Positions 16,334 to 24,642 of a stretch of 24,642 nucleotides of DNA are shown here, piece after piece. The notes beneath the pieces are model-generated. The model saw nothing but the letters and a program-made list of their open reading frames with translations, made no database searches and had not been told where the DNA came from. This stretch comes from a virus (lineage: Duplodnaviria > Caudoviricetes). Both the position numbers and the translations under genes were made by a program. Numbering within the stretch: the stretch's first letter is position 1; the number at the start of each line of letters is the position of its first letter. The stretch lies in IMG/VR virus record IMGVR_UViG_3300027533_000087, positions 1 to 24,642 of that record; one strand, 5' to 3'.

Positions 16334-17266
16334 CTATACGTAGCCTGGTGCGGTCCAAGATGTCGAACTCGCTTGTGGCTCCGGTGAACCCCTGAACATG
16401 GACATCAGATTACTCGCAGCGCTCACACCACCACCGGCAGGCACCCCGTACATAGCGCCTACGATACCAGCAATACCACCTGCGGCCTGCAAGGCTTGCG
16501 TGAAGGCATCTGGCTTCGCCGCCGTCTGAGTCTTTAGCGAGTCTGTCGTGTTGGTGCCGTAGTTTCCAGCTGTGAGCATGTTGATGAAGTTCATCAGTCC
16601 TGTCTGGCCCATCTGGAACTTCTGAATATCGTTGTTGAGTGCGCCCTGATTCCAACCCTGTTCGGTTGACCCAGCCGCCGCTGCGATAGCCGCTGGCATA
16701 AGCCGTTGAGCCTCGCCCTCTCTTGAGTATTCCAATCCGACAGGCATCAACGATCCGCCCCACTTGCTGTAATCCAGTGCCATCTTGGCCAGAACATCGC
16801 CGGTGCCCGTCGTCCAGTCATTGACTGCCGCCGCCTGCGGAACGCCGAGGCTCGCCCCACCGAATGCACTTGGCCCACCTCCCATACCACCTGCCTGGAT
16901 AGCAGTATTGGTCAGGTTAGGCAGTATCTTCTCTGTGAAGCCCCTTGTCAATTGGTTAGTGACGGCATCCTGCGCACCCAGATACGCCGAACTCCTGCTC
17001 GGGTCCAGGAACTCCCCGCTGGCGATTCTCTGCGCCATGTCCAGCAGTGTCCCTGAGGTGCTTCCTGCTCCCCCTGCCAAGTTGTACAGTTGCTCATTAG
17101 CCATGACCTGCTTCTGCACAGGTCCAGCAACGTAGTTCTCTGGCAACCCCGCAAGGGTCTGTGCTCCCCGCTCATAGAGCGTCGGGAAATACTCTTTCGC
17201 TGGCCCATAGGGATCCTTGGACACGACAGAGTGTTCTGTCGTTTTGGCTGGAGTTCCACCACCCAT
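16334..17266 (-). CDS. Putative DNA transfer/pilot (internal virion) protein, 310 aa
   Basis: GAGGAG RBS; MGGG...TT start, AFGGAS motif, Gly/Ala-rich hydrophobic C-terminal segment typical of small ejection proteins. Confidence 0.65.
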   Translation of the reverse strand: MGGGTPAKTTEHSVVSKDPYGPAKEYFPTLYERGAQTLAGLPENYVAGPVQKQVMANEQLYNLAGGAGSTSGTLLDMAQRIASGEFLDPSRSSAYLGAQDAVTNQLTRGFTEKILPNLTNTAIQAGGMGGGPSAFGGASLGVPQAAAVNDWTTGTGDVLAKMALDYSKWGGSLMPVGLEYSREGEAQRLMPAAIAAAAGSTEQGWNQGALNNDIQKFQMGQTGLMNFINMLTAGNYGTNTTDSLKTQTAAKPDAFTQALQAAGGIAGIVGAMYGVPAGGGVSAASNLMSMFRGSPEPQASSTSWTAPGYV

Positions 17267-17267
17267 G

Positions 17268-17666
17268 TCAAATCTCCTCGACGTAGAGCGTTGCTACTGG
17301 CTTCCCGGCAGTATGTTTATCATACCACTTCGCCAGTGCAGTGCGTGAGACGAGTCCTGCGATCGACTTCAGTCCCATGCCTTGAGCCATCATTCTCAAC
17401 AGGTTCCTGAATTCTTCCTGATGTCTCATCAGACCCTTGCCAGCTACGAGGTCAATCCACAACTGGCTTTTCGTATTATCTATCGTCAACACCACGATCC
17501 CTGTTGCGTTGCCGTGTAGCCTATACATTATACAGTTCCCGTCTACAGCGTTCTGAACGATTTCCGCAGGCGTCTGCTTATCCCACGACCTTTGCCTACA
17601 GCCAATAGTAAGCCACTTCACATCTTCTGCGTTGACCTCTTGCAGCTTGATTCTCTCGAATATCAT
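17268..17666 (-). CDS. Hypothetical virion-module protein, possibly GNAT-like fold
   Basis: GIVVLTI...LWIDLVAGKGL...AQGMGLKSI pattern; position between tail genes and ejection proteins. Confidence 0.55.
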   Translation of the reverse strand: MIFERIKLQEVNAEDVKWLTIGCRQRSWDKQTPAEIVQNAVDGNCIMYRLHGNATGIVVLTIDNTKSQLWIDLVAGKGLMRHQEEFRNLLRMMAQGMGLKSIAGLVSRTALAKWYDKHTAGKPVATLYVEEI

Positions 17667-17989
17667 ATAGCCCTTATTCCAGCTACGAAGTTTGCGGGAG
17701 CTGTGACTGTTGGTAACTGTATCTGTACAGGCGGCCCCGGTAGTCCAGCTCCGAACGTAGTACCAAGCTTCTGCGCCAGTTCTGGATAGCTATCCGCCAG
17801 GAACATAGTTCCGTTGGCTGGTATCCAACGACCATTCTGTGGCAGCGCCACAGCGAAGTTCGCAATCATTCCAACTTCGTCATAGTCGTCCAGCAACCAG
17901 TCGTTGAGCCTGGAAATGATCTCATGTGCCCAGAGCTGCCACTCTGCATAGGACTCTGGTATCGGCCATTCTGGTAGTCCGCGGGGCAT
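17663..17989 (-). CDS. Small protein with phage tail collar-like domain
   Basis: VGMIANFA...WIPANG...SYPELAQKLGTTFG...LP matches the tail collar consensus. Confidence 0.7.
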   Translation of the reverse strand: MPRGLPEWPIPESYAEWQLWAHEIISRLNDWLLDDYDEVGMIANFAVALPQNGRWIPANGTMFLADSYPELAQKLGTTFGAGLPGPPVQIQLPTVTAPANFVAGIRAI

Positions 17990-19383
17990 TAGTTCACACT
18001 CCCAGCTTCTTCACCAAACACCTGTACAGACGTCAGTTTCAGCGTTGACGTTGCTCTGATCTCAATAGCTATATACACACTTTCTCTAGGCCCAAAGGGC
18101 ACCCTTGTCTCTAGTGGCATCCAGTCCCCCCATTCGATAGTGTCGTCATTGGGAAGATCTGTAAAGCCGAATCGCACTTCTCCTGTAAGGGTTCCTCCAA
18201 AGACAGCGTAATCCCATGATTTCTGATGGGTCTTGTCCTTCCCATCCATGAGTTGAGATGTTAATGAGAAGTCTCCGACAAGGCTTCCAGCGATCGATAC
18301 GAAATATAGTGCGTCCGCGAAAGCTCTAACCGGATAGTCAAACACTTCGCGACGCAACCCAACTCCCCCACCCGGCTCAAGATACGTAAATCCTGCAAGC
18401 TCACGTCGTCTGGTATCAAGCGCCAACACAGCGTGAGACTCCGGGGCAGCGACGAGCAGTGGCACGGACCAAGAAACCAGCTGTAGTCGTGCATCGTAGA
18501 ATCCTGCGATCTGATGTGCGAGATTCCAGTCGATTTTCTCCTGCACCCATGTATCAATACCTGGACGATCCACATACTGGAATGAGTTCCCATCAGTGAC
18601 GAAGATGCCATCCCTACAAAGACCGTAGTTTAATGGTCCAACAGAGATGCACGATAACGTACTGACTGCTCCGATTCCCTGTAACGCTTGCTGCGGTGTC
18701 CCGAACCACTGCGTTGGTCCAACATACCTCACTAACAGCATAGTGCTCCGGCTATAAACAGCATGACTAGCACCAAGGTCAGTAACGCAAACAATTTCAC
18801 TATCCAAACCGCGAATAGGTAGATTCCGCGCAGAATTCGTCGCAGCAGGCGTCCATGTCTCGGGGTCATTGGCGTTGCACCAGTGGAAGCCGCTCGGAAA
18901 GACATCCGTGTTGTAGGCTATCATGTGCTGTGCAAGCTTCTTAGCAATGCGTGCCCTGGCAAATTGTCCAGTTCCGATGTTGATGAAGCCGCCTGTGTTC
19001 TTCCACAGCTTCAACTGGTTGATGTTGTCTGATGCTATCAGCCAGTCACCCCAAGGCTCCAGCCAGTATCGCGCGTCGGGAGAGTTACTCAATGAATCTA
19101 TCAGTGTCGTCGAGGATCCTCCTTGAGAATATCTGATGACGCCTGAATCTTCATAATAGAGGCGCTTCTGTCCATTGCTGGTGAAGGCATTAGCCAGTGC
19201 CTTCGACTGCACATTCGTCTTGACAATTCTACTTCTGCCGAGCGCGTGTTCTACACTGGCCTCCTTAAACCAGGCGTTGCGGGACGTTTTCCATACTGCC
19301 CCTGACGCCGGCTCAATGCTCGGCATGACCCCTGTAACGAGGCCCTGATCAGGTCGGAGCAGGATATACTCCTTTGCAGGCAT
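17989..19383 (-). CDS. Tail stabilisation / tail tubular (nozzle) protein, probable beta-propeller
   Basis: 464 aa beta-rich protein with W..A.DPETW motif; position in podovirus tail module. Confidence 0.65.
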   Translation of the reverse strand: MPAKEYILLRPDQGLVTGVMPSIEPASGAVWKTSRNAWFKEASVEHALGRSRIVKTNVQSKALANAFTSNGQKRLYYEDSGVIRYSQGGSSTTLIDSLSNSPDARYWLEPWGDWLIASDNINQLKLWKNTGGFINIGTGQFARARIAKKLAQHMIAYNTDVFPSGFHWCNANDPETWTPAATNSARNLPIRGLDSEIVCVTDLGASHAVYSRSTMLLVRYVGPTQWFGTPQQALQGIGAVSTLSCISVGPLNYGLCRDGIFVTDGNSFQYVDRPGIDTWVQEKIDWNLAHQIAGFYDARLQLVSWSVPLLVAAPESHAVLALDTRRRELAGFTYLEPGGGVGLRREVFDYPVRAFADALYFVSIAGSLVGDFSLTSQLMDGKDKTHQKSWDYAVFGGTLTGEVRFGFTDLPNDDTIEWGDWMPLETRVPFGPRESVYIAIEIRATSTLKLTSVQVFGEEAGSVN

Positions 19384-21140
19384 CAGAAGATCTCTTCAAC
19401 TAGGATAACACCTGAGCCACCAGCACCACCATCGACGCCAATTCCAGCTGATGGCGTACCACCTGCACCAACTGTATAGGTGTACGACGCGGCCGGAGTA
19501 TTGATGATGAACTCCTTATACTGCCCCGCTCCACCACCAGGAGTTGCAGTCGAATTACCGCTGCCAGCACCAGAACCACCGCTACCTGTATTGGGAACAG
19601 CGCTGCCACCATCGACATCTCTTAATCTGCATATACCTCTACCACCAAAAGGCGTACCACCACCAGCGCTACCCATTGCGTTGGCACTGTTAGTGGCAAT
19701 GCCTTGTCCGGTTTGTCCAGCTTCACCATTGACATTGAGAATAAGTTGTCCTGTGCCATCAACACCAGCAGAGCCGCCGACACCGCCACTCCCGCCACCA
19801 GTACCACCTCCGTCACCAAAGTCGCAGGACCAGTCACCGAAAGAAGTAGATGTTCCGTTGCCACCTGGCGCAGCAACACCACCGCCTGCTCCGCCACCAC
19901 CAGCCATTCTGATGTGGAGTTGCCGACAACCCGCTGTGACGTTGAAAGTAGCTCCTGAACCACTCAACAGTGATGTGTGTTTCGGCAGCGTAACTGGCGG
20001 CAGAATCGACTGAATCTGCGCCGGCGTTGCCTGTTTTGCGGTAGCCGTGCTGGCATCGTACAACAGGAACAGATCTTGAGTCGGATGCGGAGCTGCCTTA
20101 TTCGGCAACAGCCCTACCGCCTTGAACAGATCCGGCACAAGAATCGACTTCCCTATCAGGGCTGTCGCATCCCAGATGCCGAGCTTATCGATAAGCAATG
20201 GTGCCGTATGCGCTGCGCCAACGTGCAACAGTAGCTCTGATGCAGCCATCGCCCTTGTCTCTGCGATGATCCAGGCAACTGCCACGCCATCGTAGGTCAT
20301 GCCGGTAGGAACTCCTGGCAACAGCGTCCCTGCGGGGGCGTTTACGCCAGGCGCCACCTGTATTGGCCTCGCTGCCAACCCAGACACCGCGATCGTGGCG
20401 TTGGCAGCATTCGTCACGCCGAATCTGACGCACAATCGCTGCCCATGCACATACACAGGTGTAGGGACGTTGGCTACAACTGTGTAGGCTGACGCCGTTC
20501 CACCAGCCTGCAGCGATCCCTCGAAGTCGTCAATAGCTTGCCCAGGGAACGTCACCAACGCATCTGCGTAGGCTTTGGTCGCTGGCTCACTGGGAGCCCC
20601 CGGCGTTGGTAGGTTGATGATGTGGTTGGAGTTCATATTGATGTCGCCCTGCATCACGCCACCGCTGAGCGGTAGGCCTGATCCCTGGACGCTATCAACA
20701 TACAACTTTGTCGCAGCACCTAACGGATCTAGTGGAGGACCATCAAGAATCAGCGGACCCGTTAGCACACCTCCTGACAGTTTGAGGAAGCTCGCCGCCA
20801 GAACCTCATTGAAATCGAAGTATGCCTCAAGTGCAGTATTGATGACTTCAGACGTCAGCGCTGACACAACCTGCGTCCCAGCACTCCATGCCTGGGCAGT
20901 GGTTCCCTCTTTGGCCCTCGTAACTATCAGAGTCCCATCTTGAAGATTCTGCGTACAGCCCACGATCTCCGGGGGCAGCTGGCCATCCCAGAGCGTGAGC
21001 CTCGCCTCGTTATCATCCTCTGTCGCGAAAGCTGGCAACAGTAATGTCGCGCTCGGCGGAACCTGTAGTTGCGTAGCACCCACAGTTATGCCAACTGTGA
21101 GTTCTGTCGCAAAGAAGTTCCCAAATACATATTCAGGCAT
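19383..21140 (-). CDS. Tail fibre protein with glycine-rich C-terminal domain
   Basis: N-terminal LIVTRAKEGTTAQAWSAG, two LSGG..G....ATK.Y.D repeats, C-terminal GGGGAGG-rich domain ending GGSGVILVEE. Confidence 0.8.
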   Translation of the reverse strand: MPEYVFGNFFATELTVGITVGATQLQVPPSATLLLPAFATEDDNEARLTLWDGQLPPEIVGCTQNLQDGTLIVTRAKEGTTAQAWSAGTQVVSALTSEVINTALEAYFDFNEVLAASFLKLSGGVLTGPLILDGPPLDPLGAATKLYVDSVQGSGLPLSGGVMQGDINMNSNHIINLPTPGAPSEPATKAYADALVTFPGQAIDDFEGSLQAGGTASAYTVVANVPTPVYVHGQRLCVRFGVTNAANATIAVSGLAARPIQVAPGVNAPAGTLLPGVPTGMTYDGVAVAWIIAETRAMAASELLLHVGAAHTAPLLIDKLGIWDATALIGKSILVPDLFKAVGLLPNKAAPHPTQDLFLLYDASTATAKQATPAQIQSILPPVTLPKHTSLLSGSGATFNVTAGCRQLHIRMAGGGGAGGGVAAPGGNGTSTSFGDWSCDFGDGGGTGGGSGGVGGSAGVDGTGQLILNVNGEAGQTGQGIATNSANAMGSAGGGTPFGGRGICRLRDVDGGSAVPNTGSGGSGAGSGNSTATPGGGAGQYKEFIINTPAASYTYTVGAGGTPSAGIGVDGGAGGSGVILVEEIF

Positions 21141-21149
21141 AGCCGGCTC

Positions 21150-21695
21150 CTAGGTTAAGCCAAGCGGCTCACCAGTGTCTTCAGTGATGAGGAATTGATC
21201 TTCCTCCGTGCTCAAAACATCCATCAGCAGGTCATCCTCGGCAGTCGCAACAGTCGTTCTTGATTGCTTATTGGGATATAGAATCCCTCCCGGCCGAATA
21301 AATCCTGTAACGAATCTGAGAGATTGCATTGTAACAGGGGCGGGACTAGCCTGATCTCTGCCGAGGTCAACGAGTTTCCTGTCTCTCGTCTCAAAAGTAT
21401 TGAGCCAATCTGACAGCATATTGCGTCCAACCAGCCACTGACTGGATGGGAGCACAGGCGGTTCAAAGAATCCTGCTGATACTGTGGAACCTCGATGATC
21501 GTAGAGAATACCACCGGGGCGCACAAGACCCACACACCAACGCAGACTATGCATTGGGCCAGGATGTTGCGCCAGCGATCCCGAACTATCTGAAAGCCAG
21601 TCAAGATTGACAAGTTTCCTATCCCGCGTTTGATGCTCAGCAGGCCAGTCGCAGAAGCCAGATCGATTCTTCAACCACGACTTTACGTTGCTCAT
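21150..21695 (-). CDS. Hypothetical virion protein with internal tandem duplication
   Basis: Two copies of DW....TRDRKLV.L...M.SLR...G..RPGGILY; acidic C-terminal LSTEEDQFLITEDTG. Confidence 0.7.
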   Translation of the reverse strand: MSNVKSWLKNRSGFCDWPAEHQTRDRKLVNLDWLSDSSGSLAQHPGPMHSLRWCVGLVRPGGILYDHRGSTVSAGFFEPPVLPSSQWLVGRNMLSDWLNTFETRDRKLVDLGRDQASPAPVTMQSLRFVTGFIRPGGILYPNKQSRTTVATAEDDLLMDVLSTEEDQFLITEDTGEPLGLT

Positions 21696-22327
21696 GCAGG
21701 CCTGTATTGCATCGCCAAGCTCTCACCAGCGTAAGCCGTTTCATCGGCGGCTCTAGTGAGTGTGTTAACTCCTTCGTCTCTCATGGCTTTGTAGCCTTGA
21801 ACCATTCTGATGTCTCGCGTCACAAATGCGCTCATGTTCAGCAGCGTCTGTGCAAGTAGGACATCTGATCCAGTTTGCAGAAGGAAGTTGGTACTGGCGG
21901 GCTCTTTCGGCCAATCAGTATATTCATACCACATAGCTTCCCCATTAAGCTCCTGCGTCGGGACACCACTAAAGACTAACGTGGTAGTCCCCACGATCCA
22001 ATAGCTTGAGGGGATATTGTTGCTGTCCAGCTGTTGCCCAACACCTACAGCATCTTCCGGTTCAATCTTCTTGATATAACTATAGCCCCCATCGGAGCCA
22101 ATAAATCTCAGAAACTTCATTCCCTTAATAACTACGTTCAAGGGCAGAACTATTGTTCTATCCCCTGCCACCACCTGAATGAGCTTGAATCTCTCCATGT
22201 ACTTGAACGTATAGTTGCGCTCAAGCCATTGCGCAGCTAGCCCCACCATCGCAGGGATCTTTGTGTCAAGAGTTGACCCACGATTCAGCGATACTGAAAC
22301 GAGATTGTGAAACTCACTCAGGTTCAT
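21692..22327 (-). CDS. Head-tail adaptor / tail tubular protein A-like
   Basis: 211 aa gene directly after capsid; N-terminal helices, IVLP, PSSYWIVG..L, TNFLL...DVLL pattern of adaptor proteins. Confidence 0.7.
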   Translation of the reverse strand: MNLSEFHNLVSVSLNRGSTLDTKIPAMVGLAAQWLERNYTFKYMERFKLIQVVAGDRTIVLPLNVVIKGMKFLRFIGSDGGYSYIKKIEPEDAVGVGQQLDSNNIPSSYWIVGTTTLVFSGVPTQELNGEAMWYEYTDWPKEPASTNFLLQTGSDVLLAQTLLNMSAFVTRDIRMVQGYKAMRDEGVNTLTRAADETAYAGESLAMQYRPA

Positions 22328-22346
22328 TATCGCACACTGACCCCGG

Positions 22347-22365
22347 TTTATTGATTATCAATAAA
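22347..22365. promoter_or_regulatory. AT-rich palindrome TTTATTGAT-T-ATCAATAAA, copy 2 (between capsid and adaptor genes)
   Basis: 9-bp perfect arms; core identical to 10897-10909. Confidence 0.6.
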
Positions 22366-22415
22366 TGGGGCAGACCAAGCAAGCAGGTGGAGGTACCTTC
22401 TCACTGATCTGCCCC
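22358..22415 (-). terminator. Terminator-like hairpin downstream of major capsid gene
   Basis: Minus strand GGGGCAGATCA (22415-22405) pairs with TGGTCTGCCCC (22377-22367), followed by ATTTATTGAT; preceded by a second hairpin CCTCAG/CTGAGG (22416-22439). Confidence 0.6.
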
Positions 22416-22439
22416 CCTCAGAGGATGCGAGCCCTGAGG

Positions 22440-23720
22440 TTACGCTGCGTCCTTGACACCACTGATGATGCCAGTCCAGATCGCATGAGTCTCGCCGTGG
22501 TTGACTTCGAGTCCACACTCTGCCAGATACCCTGACTTCATGCCGTCAAGCCCTACCGGCGTCAGATCACTCTCGTACTTCACATCGTCGATGTACCTGT
22601 ACCGGACATTCGCCATGTCCAGAATGTACATGTTGTTCTCGACGGCGGTGTACGCAGTGGCTCCGTTCAAGCCACCAGTCATCTGATTGAACAGCGGGTG
22701 CGACTTGATAACCAGCTCGCCGAACGGGCTCACCAGCCTTGCAACTCGCATTCCGTATTCTTTCTCGTTGTACTCGATGTTGTAGGTCGAGTTCTTTCGA
22801 ACCACCTGCCCGATAGCCATGAGCACGCGGTTGGAGGCGAAGCCCATCTTCTGGCTGCTGCCGAAGGAGAACACGTCCTTGAGGCCCTTTTCAACCCAGT
22901 TCATGTCGATGATGCCGACTGTGGCAAGGCCGTTGGCTGTCGTCGCCGCCCAGGGCGTCACACCAGCGGCGGTGATCTGTGACAGTACCCCCGCCGTCGT
23001 CCTGATCGGCTGACCATTCAGCGTGCCGATGGTCTTGGCTCCATTGAACCAGAAGCCACGCTCCATGTCCACACTGAAGTATTCGAGGCACTCTCGCTTG
23101 GCCTCGACCACAGCATCGCCTGTGCGAAGACGGGTTTTCTGCGCCGTACGAGTGATGCCGAGTGTGGACCTGAAGATCTGAGTATAGTTGCTCAGTTCCA
23201 CAGGATCCATCGACATGCTGGTCGGGGCGAGTGAGCCTTCCTCAAAAGCGCTACCGATGACGATAGCGAAGGGATTGGTCCCTGCCACCGCCGCATCGAT
23301 CGCTGTACCGGCCGAGCCCATGAAGGCACGAGTGACCGGAATGAGGTTGTTCGCGGACGGGTCTGCGCTGACACGCACATACTCGCCGGTTTGCTCGATC
23401 CGCAGGACGTCGCCAGCTTTCACTCCAAACGCCGTCGCAGGCGTCGAGCCAGAGATATAGGCTGGATCGATCGTCAGTGTCGCCACGACGTTGGTGTGAG
23501 CGCCGAGCAGCTTCAGTCGCCGGGCGTCGAGCTTCTTTTGAAACCAGTGAAAGACCGGATCGTCAGTCTTTTCCGATTTCATCGCTGCCGTTAAGGCTGT
23601 GAGAGGGGCCTTGGCGGCTTCGGCGCTGTTGGGATACAGCCGGAGAATCGTCTCTCTCCAGTTCTGCGGACGCTGTGCAGCAAGGAAGTTTTCGTCGTTG
23701 CGCAACCCTTGGATAGGCAT
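22440..23720 (-). CDS. Major capsid protein (SU10/DUF5309-like HK97 fold)
   Basis: AAAGGAG RBS; FEEGS, NYTQIFR..., DMERGFWF, R.TAGVL, SPFGEL, ECGLEV motifs; follows scaffold and precedes a terminator. Confidence 0.88.
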   Translation of the reverse strand: MPIQGLRNDENFLAAQRPQNWRETILRLYPNSAEAAKAPLTALTAAMKSEKTDDPVFHWFQKKLDARRLKLLGAHTNVVATLTIDPAYISGSTPATAFGVKAGDVLRIEQTGEYVRVSADPSANNLIPVTRAFMGSAGTAIDAAVAGTNPFAIVIGSAFEEGSLAPTSMSMDPVELSNYTQIFRSTLGITRTAQKTRLRTGDAVVEAKRECLEYFSVDMERGFWFNGAKTIGTLNGQPIRTTAGVLSQITAAGVTPWAATTANGLATVGIIDMNWVEKGLKDVFSFGSSQKMGFASNRVLMAIGQVVRKNSTYNIEYNEKEYGMRVARLVSPFGELVIKSHPLFNQMTGGLNGATAYTAVENNMYILDMANVRYRYIDDVKYESDLTPVGLDGMKSGYLAECGLEVNHGETHAIWTGIISGVKDAA

Positions 23721-23750
23721 ATGCCAACTCCTTTCGGGCAGGCTGAAGTC

Positions 23751-24642
23751 CTACCAGATCTTCAGCACCTGCTCCATCTCGTTTAACGGGGCAGCAGCAG
23801 GCCTTGCTCCAGCTCCCGTGGTGAAAGGCTGACGCTTCACCGGCGCTGCTCCATTGCCTCCCGCCGCTGCCGCAGCATCGTGCTGGGCCTTCAGCATTGG
23901 GAACATGGCAAACATCCGTCCAGCGATAGCATCTCTCATCTCAGCGTTCCAAGTCGGATTCCTGCCTTGAGAGACCATCTCTTGTGCGATCTGCATACCG
24001 ATATTCTGCATCAGCGGGACAAACGCTGGCTGCCGGAACACCTCGTATGTTCCGTAGAAGTCCTGAGCCACTTCCTGCTGTTTGTGCACCAGCTGTTGGT
24101 GGGTCTGGACAATCTGCGGAACGGTACGCAGCATTTCTTGCACTGTCTCTCGTAGCGCATTCTCCGTCTGCTTCCAAACGTGATTAGCCACTCCGTTGAC
24201 CAAAGCATGTATTGCAACGGAGCGTTCTTTGGGATCCTCTGATCCCATTGCCGCGACAATCTGGTCAGGAACTCCCAGATTGAATTTCGGTGCCTCCGGG
24301 CCGGGCTGTGCCTGCGGCTGGGGCTGCTGCTGTTGACCTGCCAGAACGTCGCGAACTGCCTGTGTGTTGGCTGCAATCGCTGCGGCGAGCTGATCTGGGG
24401 TCTGCTGAGTGTGCGCCGGCGGCGTCTGGGCTGGTGGCACCACCGGCGCGGGAGGCACGGCAGCACCAGTATCGGGGTGAACCTGCCCTGGAACCGCCTC
24501 TCCACCCTCGCCCGTACCGTCCGCAGGCGCTGGAGCCGCTTTCGGAGGGGCGAACGGGTCAAACTTCATTACATCAGAGATGTCTCGTGACGGCTCAGAT
24601 ACCGTCTCATTCAAAGATGGCCCGCCCTGATCAGGCTGCTGC
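23751..24642 (-). CDS. Putative capsid scaffolding protein (5' end probably outside the window)
   Basis: Pro/Ala/Gln-rich and helical, directly upstream of capsid; frame stays open from the TTG at 24614 to the window edge. Confidence 0.7.
   Translation of the reverse strand, partial: QQPDQGGPSLNETVSEPSRDISDVMKFDPFAPPKAAPAPADGTGEGGEAVPGQVHPDTGAAVPPAPVVPPAQTPPAHTQQTPDQLAAAIAANTQAVRDVLAGQQQQPQPQAQPGPEAPKFNLGVPDQIVAAMGSEDPKERSVAIHALVNGVANHVWKQTENALRETVQEMLRTVPQIVQTHQQLVHKQQEVAQDFYGTYEVFRQPAFVPLMQNIGMQIAQEMVSQGRNPTWNAEMRDAIAGRMFAMFPMLKAQHDAAAAAGGNGAAPVKRQPFTTGAGARPAAAPLNEMEQVLKIW

Larger units (their letters stand above)
1..24642. mobile_element. Tailed bacteriophage genome segment (podovirus-like): replication arm on + strand converging with virion arm on - strand
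   Basis: Tightly packed or overlapping ORFs; phage-type PolA, UDG and helicase; scaffold-capsid-adaptor-fibre-internal protein gene order; no tape measure or sheath gene and no host housekeeping genes recognised; no integrase in the window. Confidence 0.95.

Noticed and set aside
19400-19910. CCACCA-rich repeats as a DNA-level repeat or diversity-generating target
   Set aside because: Explained by glycine codons of the fibre's Gly-rich domain; no reverse transcriptase or template repeat seen
22416-22460. Programmed frameshift extending the capsid protein
   Set aside because: No slippery sequence at the capsid 3' end and no downstream extension ORF; hairpins are better explained as a terminator region

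Overview
The whole window is a gene-dense segment of a tailed dsDNA bacteriophage genome with podovirus-like architecture, split into two convergent arms. The + strand arm (1-10.9 kb) is an early/replication module: small hypothetical genes, a Cas4/AddB-like PD-(D/E)XK nuclease, an IPT/TIG (Ig-like) protein, a Sak4-like P-loop ATPase, an SSB-like protein, a ParB-DNA methyltransferase fusion, a mosaic EIERLR-repeat protein, a uracil-DNA glycosylase fused to half of a 3'-5' exonuclease, a nucleoside-deoxyribosyltransferase-like protein, a family A DNA polymerase and a DUF3987-like helicase. The - strand arm (10.9-24.6 kb) is the virion module: scaffold (runs off the window), major capsid, adaptor, tail fibre, tail stabilisation protein and three probable internal/ejection proteins. 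Most notable observations: (1) the proofreading exonuclease of the DNA polymerase is split over two genes, with ExoI/ExoII on the UDG protein and ExoIII on the polymerase, separated by a third gene that overlaps ExoIII; (2) the polymerase has His at the Pol I F762 position; (3) a compact RNA element with a perfect 7-bp loop-loop pairing followed by a terminator lies upstream of the ParB-MTase/replication genes; (4) an identical AT-rich palindrome ATTGATTATCAAT occurs at the early/late junction and downstream of the capsid gene. All product calls come from motifs recognised by eye and from gene order; no database search or folding calculation was run.
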